Source: an uncultured Actinomycetes bacterium
GTDB taxonomy: Bacteria; Actinomycetota; Thermoleophilia; RBG-16-64-13
Assembly (NCBI GenBank): GCA_963706025.1
Contig: CAVPLM010000003.1
Location: forward strand, 416,001 to 480,000
Length of the DNA stretch: 64,000 bases
Direction: 5' to 3'
Positions 57,818-64,000 of this stretch are shown here, piece by piece. Both the position numbers and the translations under genes were made by a program. Under the pieces are notes generated by a model. That model saw nothing but the letters and a program-made list of their open reading frames with translations. It was not told the origin of the DNA and did not search any database. How positions within the stretch are numbered: position 1 is the stretch's first letter; the number at the start of each line of letters is the position of its first letter.

Positions 57818-60123
57818 CCGAGAGTCTTCACTACGTCGGAAAGAGACTGACGCGGCCGGATGTCGCGGCCAAGGCGACCGGTGCCGCCATGTATGGAGCA
57901 GACCTGGCGCTTCCGGGCATGCTTATCGGGAGGATCCTGGCCAGCCCCCATGCGCACGCGAACATCGTCAGCATCGACACCTCCAGGGCCAGGGCCCTTC
58001 CGGGGGTCGCGGCCGTGATCACCCACGCAGACGTACCCAAGCGGAACTTCACTCGATCGGTGATGGCGGAAGGCATGCCTCCGTTCGCCTACGAAGGAGA
58101 GAATCAGGACCAGTTCATTCTCTCGGAGAAGGCGCGCTATGTGGGCGACTGGATCGCCGCCGTTGCCGCTGTTGACATCTACACCGCTGAAAAGGCGCTG
58201 GATCTCATCGAGGTTGTGTACGAACCCCTGCCCGCGGTGTTCGACCCCGAGGAGGCCTTGAAGCCGGGCGCGCCGGTGATCCACGATCGGTGGCAGGGTA
58301 ACGTGGCTGCCGTCATAGAGCATCCTTTCACTCGGGGTGACCTGGAGAAGGCCCTGGCGGAATCCGATCACGTGGTCGAGTTCAGTGGCCGAAACTCCCG
58401 GCAGAAACAGGCTCACATGGAACCCGATGTGGCTCTGGCCCGCTGGGATGAAGAGGGAAGGCTCACCATCTGGTCTCCCAACCAAAACCCCCATCTGGCT
58501 AAGAAGACCATGGCTCGTAGAGTATTCGGCATCGGAGAGGGCAAAGTACGCTGGATCTCCACCATCGTGGGGGGCGGTTTCGGAGCCAGGATGAGCTTCG
58601 GCGTCGAGCCCGTGTGCGCGCTCCTGGCCAAGGTCACGGGCAAACCGGTCAAGGTGGTCGTCACCAGAGAAGAGGACTTCTCGGGATACAACAGCCGGAC
58701 CGAACAGCGTCAGACGATACGACTGGGCGTGACCAAAGACGGCACGGTGACGGCCATCGAGCAGACCATCCTGTCGGATTCCGGCGCTTACTTCTCTCAC
58801 AGCGGCTCGATCTCGGCCGTCAACATGCAGGCGACTCTGGGCCTGCTGCGGTCCCCGGTCGTCGCCGGCAAGGCCACCGTCGCCTACTCGAACAACCCCA
58901 CGTCGAGCGGCATGAGGGGGTACGGGAACCCCGAAGGCTCCTTCGTCCTTCAGCAGGCCATCGACATGGCCGCTGAAAAGTGCGGGATGGACCCGGTCGA
59001 GTTCCGGTTGAAGAACGCGAGGGGGGTCGGCGAGCCCAGCATGTGGGAGCCCGTGGTCCTGGATAGCTGCAACCTGGACCGGTGCATCAAAGTAGGCGCG
59101 GAAAGGATCGGTTGGAAAGACAAGTGGCAGGGCTGGGGGAAGAAGAAGGAAGGGCGCTTCAGGCGCGGCGTTGGCATGTCCATCATGACGCATGCCAGCG
59201 GCGCGGGCGGCTTTCTGCTCGAACACTCCAACGCCATCCTCAAGCTCCATGAAGACGGATCCGCTCAACTCACGGTGAGTCCCTGCGAAATGGGCCAAGG
59301 GATCCTGGGGGTTCTCGCTCAGATCGCCGCGGAGGCCGCGGGACTGAGGTATGAGGATATCCACGTCATGAGCGGAGATACCGACATCACCCTGTTCGAC
59401 ATCGGTTCCCATGCCAGCCGGTCCACGTATGTCGTCGGGAACGCGGTGGTGGACGCCGGTCTCAAGGTCAAGGAGATCCTGCTGGCACGGGCAGCCAAAC
59501 GGCTGGACACGACCGCAGGCGAGTTGGAGGTCGAAGACGGTCAGGTCTACCTGAAGGCGGACCCGGCGAGAGCGGTCAGCGTGGCCGAGCTATCCCACGA
59601 TGCCATATATGAGTACGGCACCGACGGGCAGCACATCACGGCCACGGGCACGTACCAATCGGTCACGCATTGCCCGAATTTCCAGGCAGGTTTCGTCGAG
59701 GTAGAGGTGGATACCGAGACCGGCGTGATCAAGGTCCTTCGCTTCGTGATCGCCCATGACATCGGCAGGGCCATCAATCCTCAGAACGTCGAAGGGTGTT
59801 TGCAGGGTGGGGCCGCTCAGGGGGTCGGCTACGCCTTGAGCGAGGATCTGGTGATAGATGACAAGACCGGGAAGGTCGTGAGCGACAGCTTCGCCACCTA
59901 CAAGATGCTCTCGACGCTCGACATGCCGGAGGTGGAGATCATCCTCGTTGAGGAACCCGCCCCCACAGGTCCCTTCGGGGCCAAAGGTGTGGGCGAGCCG
60001 GGGATGACCAACGTGGCTCCGGCGATCGCGAACGCCCTCTATGACGCGGTCGGCATCAGGATCCATTCCCTGCCCATGACGCCCGAGAAAGTCCTCGAAG
60101 CCCTACAGAGCAAGAGGACGTGA
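57814..60123 (+). CDS. Xanthine dehydrogenase family molybdopterin large subunit no. 2
   Basis: NQNPH, GGGFGAR, GMRGYGNPE, EMGQG, AKGVGEPG. Confidence 0.94.
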   Translation: MTESLHYVGKRLTRPDVAAKATGAAMYGADLALPGMLIGRILASPHAHANIVSIDTSRARALPGVAAVITHADVPKRNFTRSVMAEGMPPFAYEGENQDQFILSEKARYVGDWIAAVAAVDIYTAEKALDLIEVVYEPLPAVFDPEEALKPGAPVIHDRWQGNVAAVIEHPFTRGDLEKALAESDHVVEFSGRNSRQKQAHMEPDVALARWDEEGRLTIWSPNQNPHLAKKTMARRVFGIGEGKVRWISTIVGGGFGARMSFGVEPVCALLAKVTGKPVKVVVTREEDFSGYNSRTEQRQTIRLGVTKDGTVTAIEQTILSDSGAYFSHSGSISAVNMQATLGLLRSPVVAGKATVAYSNNPTSSGMRGYGNPEGSFVLQQAIDMAAEKCGMDPVEFRLKNARGVGEPSMWEPVVLDSCNLDRCIKVGAERIGWKDKWQGWGKKKEGRFRRGVGMSIMTHASGAGGFLLEHSNAILKLHEDGSAQLTVSPCEMGQGILGVLAQIAAEAAGLRYEDIHVMSGDTDITLFDIGSHASRSTYVVGNAVVDAGLKVKEILLARAAKRLDTTAGELEVEDGQVYLKADPARAVSVAELSHDAIYEYGTDGQHITATGTYQSVTHCPNFQAGFVEVEVDTETGVIKVLRFVIAHDIGRAINPQNVEGCLQGGAAQGVGYALSEDLVIDDKTGKVVSDSFATYKMLSTLDMPEVEIILVEEPAPTGPFGAKGVGEPGMTNVAPAIANALYDAVGIRIHSLPMTPEKVLEALQSKRT

Positions 60124-60133
60124 CCGGATCCCC

Positions 60134-60574
60134 ATGAAGACCACGAAATACCCCGCCAGATACCCGGTGAAGGTGCGCTTCAGCCGTTCGGTCGTCGTAG
60201 GTGACTATGTGTTCGTGTCGGGATGCAGTGGTCAGACTCTCGAGACCTTCCACGCCTCTTCGGATGATGTAGCAGAACAGACGGAGGTCGCTCTCGACAA
60301 GGTCAGGGGAGCGATCGAGGAAGCTGGGGCCTCCCTGAACGACCTGGTCAAGAGTGTCATCTATCTCACCCGGATAGAGGACCAGCGGGAGGTGGAAGAC
60401 AGGATTCAGGACTACTACCGGAGGTACGCGCCTGGTCTGATAGAGGAGCCGCCGGCCGAGACCCTGGTCTGCGTTCCGGGGCTGCACGAACCGGATCTGT
60501 TGGTAGAGATCGACAGCGTTGCCGTGATTCCGGATGCAACGCCGCGAATGAAGAACACTAAGGAGTCCAAATGA
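60134..60574 (+). CDS. Rid family protein no. 2 (paralog of no. 1)
   Basis: FSRSVVVGDYVFVSG, YYRRYAPGLIEEPPAET, LVEID. Confidence 0.87.
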   Translation: MKTTKYPARYPVKVRFSRSVVVGDYVFVSGCSGQTLETFHASSDDVAEQTEVALDKVRGAIEEAGASLNDLVKSVIYLTRIEDQREVEDRIQDYYRRYAPGLIEEPPAETLVCVPGLHEPDLLVEIDSVAVIPDATPRMKNTKESK

Positions 60575-61365
60575 GGATTATCGACCCCCATCTCCATCTT
60601 GACCGCATGAAGGGCAAGGATGTAGAGACCCTTTCCATTGCCGGAGTCGAGGGCGCGGTCCTTCCGACACCCCACATGCTGCAGTGGATGGTCTCCGCGG
60701 AGACGCTCTTCAGAATGTGGCGCATGTTCCTCGACTTCGAAGTCAAGCATTCCGAGTCACTGGGTATCAAGGTCTTCGTGACCCTCAGCGTTCCCTTCTA
60801 CGGACTGGATACCGAGTCGGTGGCCGAGGCCCTGAAGCAGATGCCGGAATACCTCGATCATCCCTCCGTCGTGGGATTGGGGGAGATCGGCATGGATGCC
60901 GGGATCGCGGATGAAGAGAAACTGTTCCGCAGTCAGCTGGCCATCGCCAAGGAACACAACAAGCCGGTCATCGTTCACACTCCTACGCCCCTGGAGCCCC
61001 AAGCGGTGGACGTCTGCCGCCAGATCATCAAGGTCATCGAGAGCGAGCGTTTTCCTATGGATAGGGTGGTGTTCGATCACACCGGCAAAGAGAGTCTCAA
61101 GGATCGTTTAGATACCGGAGCCATGGTCGGGCTGAGTCTTTGCTACGACAAGCTGCGGCCGGAAGATGCAGCCGAGATAGTGGCGGAGAATCCGGAGTAC
61201 CGGAGCCAGCTCCTCGTCAACTCCGAGTTCGGTTACGCGGGAGAAGGGTATTTCTCCGTGCCTCGCTCGGTCCTTTCCATGCGCAGGCTGGGACTCAAGC
61301 GAGACGTGATCGAGGGCGTCACCTGGGACAACCCGAAGAGGTTCTTCGACCTTGCCATCGACTGA
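60571..61365 (+). CDS. TatD-related TIM-barrel metallohydrolase
   Basis: IDPHLH, LGEIG, VIVHTP, FDH, VNSE, DNP.RFF. Confidence 0.85.
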   Translation: MRIIDPHLHLDRMKGKDVETLSIAGVEGAVLPTPHMLQWMVSAETLFRMWRMFLDFEVKHSESLGIKVFVTLSVPFYGLDTESVAEALKQMPEYLDHPSVVGLGEIGMDAGIADEEKLFRSQLAIAKEHNKPVIVHTPTPLEPQAVDVCRQIIKVIESERFPMDRVVFDHTGKESLKDRLDTGAMVGLSLCYDKLRPEDAAEIVAENPEYRSQLLVNSEFGYAGEGYFSVPRSVLSMRRLGLKRDVIEGVTWDNPKRFFDLAID

Positions 61366-61405
61366 CGCACATCCGGTTCACCCCCTCATAAGGAAGTAGC
61401 ACGGC

Positions 61406-62162
61406 ATGATCCAGGTATTGGCCAAAGGACTGGAGGTGATCTCACTATTCGATGTGCTCCGCCCGGAGTGGACGATCGAGGAGATCTCTGAGGCGACCGG
61501 CTTCCCCAGGATGACCGTGTATCGTCTCGTCAAAACCATGGAGAGCTTGGGCTTCCTCGTCTGCGATCCGACGAATCGGTATCACTTGGGTCCGGGCCTC
61601 ATGGCGGCGGGTCGCCAGTTGTCGGAGCGCTATGCCGATCTGGTCAAGGTCGCCCGCCCGTACATCGAGGACCTTGCCTCGCAGACGCAGGAGATGGTGA
61701 CCCTTGCGGTGGAAGTCGACGGAGTTCCGGTGGAGGTCGATGAGATCTTCACCTCCCGGCCCTTCACGCGACCGCACGCCATCGGCCGGGTCTTTGGTTA
61801 TACGAACACCGCTCACGGGAAGGTCTTCATGGCCAGCAAGTCGCCCGCCGAGCGCGAGAAGATCCGGTTTGAGGTGACGACCCCGCAATCTAACGTCGAT
61901 CCCGAGGTCTTGTCCGCAGAGTTGGAGCGGGTAACGCAAGAAGGAGTCGCCTTACAATTACCAGGAGCGAGACATAGGGATATGCGCCGTCGCTGCTCCG
62001 GTCCGCGACCAAGCCGGGAAGGTCGTGGCTTGTATCGCCGTGCTGGCGCCTCCCGGCCGGTTCGGGGTGGAGCAGCGAGGATCACATGCCGAGGCGGTCA
62101 AAGCCACGGCCGCATCGCTATCGGCTTTCCTCGGGTACCTCGCCACCCGCCCGGAGGGTTGA
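61406..62162 (+). CDS. IclR family regulator (indel near 61953)
   Basis: KGLEVI..EISEATGFPRMTVYRL..YHLG; TAHGKV; continues GICAVAAPVRD in the shifted frame to TGA 62160-62162. Confidence 0.87.
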
Positions 62163-62816
62163 ACATTCACGCCCGGAGGCCACTAGGCCCTGGCAGATAC
62201 GCACTCCTTCCGACGCGTCCGTGCTCCACGAGTCGGCTCCACAGTACTGGCATATCCGGCCATCGATGATCGCTCCGCCCAGGACGACCGGAGGGCGATA
62301 GCCGAGTTCCGCCTCGTGAGCCCGTAGGAGCGCCACTGTCCCCTTCATACTCTCGAACGCGACCATTATCAGCCCCGACAGGCAGACCACCTCGGGTCGG
62401 GACCGCATGACCTCCTCAAGGAACCTCTCGGGAGCCACGTCGACACCAAGATCGATGACGTTGAAGCCGGAGCTTCGGAGCGAGGTGCCGAAGAGGTTCT
62501 TTCCGATGTCGTGGATGTCGCCGGCCACAGTCCCAAGAACGATTTTTCCCGACGACTCCCCCGGAGGGGTCAGCTGGTATTGCGGCTGCACCAGGTCGAT
62601 CACTTCTTTGAAGATCTCGCCTGCCATGATGAGGCCTGAGATGTAGTACTCCTGCCGCTCGTATCGCTCCCCGACCACCTTCAGCGCCTGCTGGCAGGTA
62701 TTCAGGATCGACAGCGGCGTCACCCCGCCCTCGGCCAAGAGCTCTCGCGTAAGCTCAAGGGTGCGGCCTTCATCCAACTCGATCAGGGCCGTTCGCAGTT
62801 TCTCGAGGGTCGCCAG
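62118..62816 (-). CDS. Cobalamin-binding (corrinoid) protein
   Basis: VGERYE..Y..LIMAGE cap, GTVAGDIHDIGKN (DxHxxG), DLGVDV, SGL, LGG; start CTG 62816 or TTG 62777. Confidence 0.88.
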   Translation of the reverse strand: MATLEKLRTALIELDEGRTLELTRELLAEGGVTPLSILNTCQQALKVVGERYERQEYYISGLIMAGEIFKEVIDLVQPQYQLTPPGESSGKIVLGTVAGDIHDIGKNLFGTSLRSSGFNVIDLGVDVAPERFLEEVMRSRPEVVCLSGLIMVAFESMKGTVALLRAHEAELGYRPPVVLGGAIIDGRICQYCGADSWSTDASEGVRICQGLVASGRECSTLRAGGEVPEESR

Positions 62817-62839
62817 TGGTTCCTACCTCCGTCCCTATC

Positions 62840-63613
62840 CTATTCCGGTCCCAAGCGCGCCCTGAGCCGGAACAGCTCCGCGCGCATGATGAACCAGCCC
62901 CAGCTGACCGGAGTGCGGTCGCTCTGCTGGAAGACATGCTCCAGACGCAACGCCAAGGCCCCCTCGGATTCCCCGAGAGCCTGGGCGCTCTCACCGTCGA
63001 GGTTCACCGCCGTCAGAGTGAGCTCGCCCAACGGGAATCTGTGCGCTCTGCCGGAGTCCAAGAACGCATGGAGAGAAGTCAGCTGCAGTTGGGATTCCAC
63101 AAGCGGGCGGCGCGGGTCGTAGACGATGTACTCCGTGTGGTACATCGCCGGGTTGCCGTCGTAGAGCACCAGGCGCCGCAAGAATATGACGCGTTCACCC
63201 GGCTCCACGCCGAGCATGGCCGCGACTCTCTCGTCCGCCCTGCTCATCGAGGCCGAAAGCAGGCGGATCTCTGCCGATTCGTCCAGCCAATCCCCGGTGA
63301 GCGAGTCCAGCCTGAAGACCGAGTCGCTCAGATCGATAGAACGCGCGAACGTGCCCCGCCCTCGCATGCCGGAAACCAGTCCCTGGTCCTGGAGGATCGT
63401 AAGCGCCCTGCGCACGGTCATCGGACTCACCCTGAACTCGGTGCAGAATTCGGACCCAGAAGGGAGACGGCTGCCCGCGGGATAGACGCCAGAAGTGACC
63501 CGGTCGGCCAGGGTCTCGGCGATCTGAAGGTAAGCGGGCGATCTCGTCTCCTCAACCCGGCCCGGAGGCGAGCCCTCCCGCGAGTCCCGATCTGTCAGCG
63601 CTTGTAGGTTCAT
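62840..63613 (-). CDS. GntR family regulator, HutC/UTRA subfamily
   Basis: PAYLQIAE..RLPS..VSPMTVRRAL..RGRGTF plus UTRA. Confidence 0.9.
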   Translation of the reverse strand: MNLQALTDRDSREGSPPGRVEETRSPAYLQIAETLADRVTSGVYPAGSRLPSGSEFCTEFRVSPMTVRRALTILQDQGLVSGMRGRGTFARSIDLSDSVFRLDSLTGDWLDESAEIRLLSASMSRADERVAAMLGVEPGERVIFLRRLVLYDGNPAMYHTEYIVYDPRRPLVESQLQLTSLHAFLDSGRAHRFPLGELTLTAVNLDGESAQALGESEGALALRLEHVFQQSDRTPVSWGWFIMRAELFRLRARLGPE

Positions 63614-63741
63614 CCCGGACGTTCCCAACACGCGAAATGGCTTAGCGTCGGATGCCGATCAAGGGACGGATAGATACAGTATTTACGCTCCATACGCCTG
63701 CACAACTCTCTAGCTATTTCCTTGCCAATACCATACCATAT

Positions 63742-63751
63742 TGTCTATACA
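63742..63751. promoter_or_regulatory. HutC-type operator candidate TGTCTATACA
   Basis: Matches GT-N-TA-N-AC palindrome between the divergent gntR and corrinoid gene. Confidence 0.55.
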
Positions 63752-63832
63752 GGTGGATTGCATTGCTTCCCACAGTTTAGTAGAATTGGGACGCGATTGG
63801 ACCACGGTGCTTTGTGGACGAAAGGAGCCCAG

Positions 63833-64000
63833 ATGGCCCACGAACTGATCGAAGCCATGGCCAACATGAAGGAGCAAGAAGCCCTTAAGATCGTGGACGA
63901 CATGCTGGCCCAGGGAGAGGACCCCGGCAAGATCTTAGATCTCTCTTCAGAAGCCATGCAGGTGGTGGGGGAACGCTACCAGGAAGGCACCTACTTCCTG
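63833..64000 (+). CDS. Corrinoid methyltransferase protein, N-terminal cap (runs off window)
   Basis: MAHELIEAMANMKEQEALKIV..GEDP..IL..AMQVVGERYQEGTYFL; RBS AAAGGAG. Confidence 0.82.
   Translation, partial: MAHELIEAMANMKEQEALKIVDDMLAQGEDPGKILDLSSEAMQVVGERYQEGTYFL

Noticed and set aside
439-60487. Many long antisense or alternate-frame ORFs (e.g. 12991-14784, 24938-26785, 53926-56235)
   Set aside because: Shadows of high-GC3 genes with no recognisable motifs
63613-63832. Cobalamin riboswitch upstream of corrinoid genes
   Set aside because: No B12-box or conserved core recognised; the region looks like divergent promoters with an operator
1-64000. CRISPR array, rRNA, tRNA, IS transposase
   Set aside because: No regularly spaced repeat-spacer array, RNA gene or transposase motif recognised by eye; a covariance search was not run

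Overview
High-GC bacterial DNA from an anaerobe. Thr/Ala-rich lipoprotein linkers and apparently leaderless TA promoters suggest an Actinomycetota/Thermoleophilia-like host (inference only). Scattered single-base indels look like long-read errors. Five blocks: (1) 1-22.5 kb, a co-oriented catabolic operon with a nucleoside-type ABC transporter, a pyridoxamine-pyruvate aminotransferase-like enzyme, two alcohol dehydrogenases, two aldehyde:ferredoxin oxidoreductases, UbiD, a PreA-like ring reductase, a Mo-hydroxylase with selenium-cofactor genes (yqeC-mocA, xdhC, yqeB), an M29-like hydrolase and a cupin. Its enzyme set maps well onto a putative O2-independent vitamin B6 degradation route, the top finding. 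(2) 25.1-32.4 kb, hdrCBA-flxDCBA. (3) 32.5-44.1 kb, an accessory island with intact darTG and about 8 further, mostly decayed TA modules, duplicated pieces of the flxA 3' region, and a 5'-truncated integron integrase with attI and cassettes at its 3' end. (4) 44.1-49.2 kb, TetR, a sugar ABC transporter and an esterase. (5) 49.5-64 kb, a second heterocycle/lactam cluster (hydantoinase A/B, two Arg-less Rid proteins, a lactonase with altered metal motif, Mo-hydroxylase, TatD-like protein, IclR), then a GntR/corrinoid-protein locus. All family calls come from motif recognition; no searches were run.
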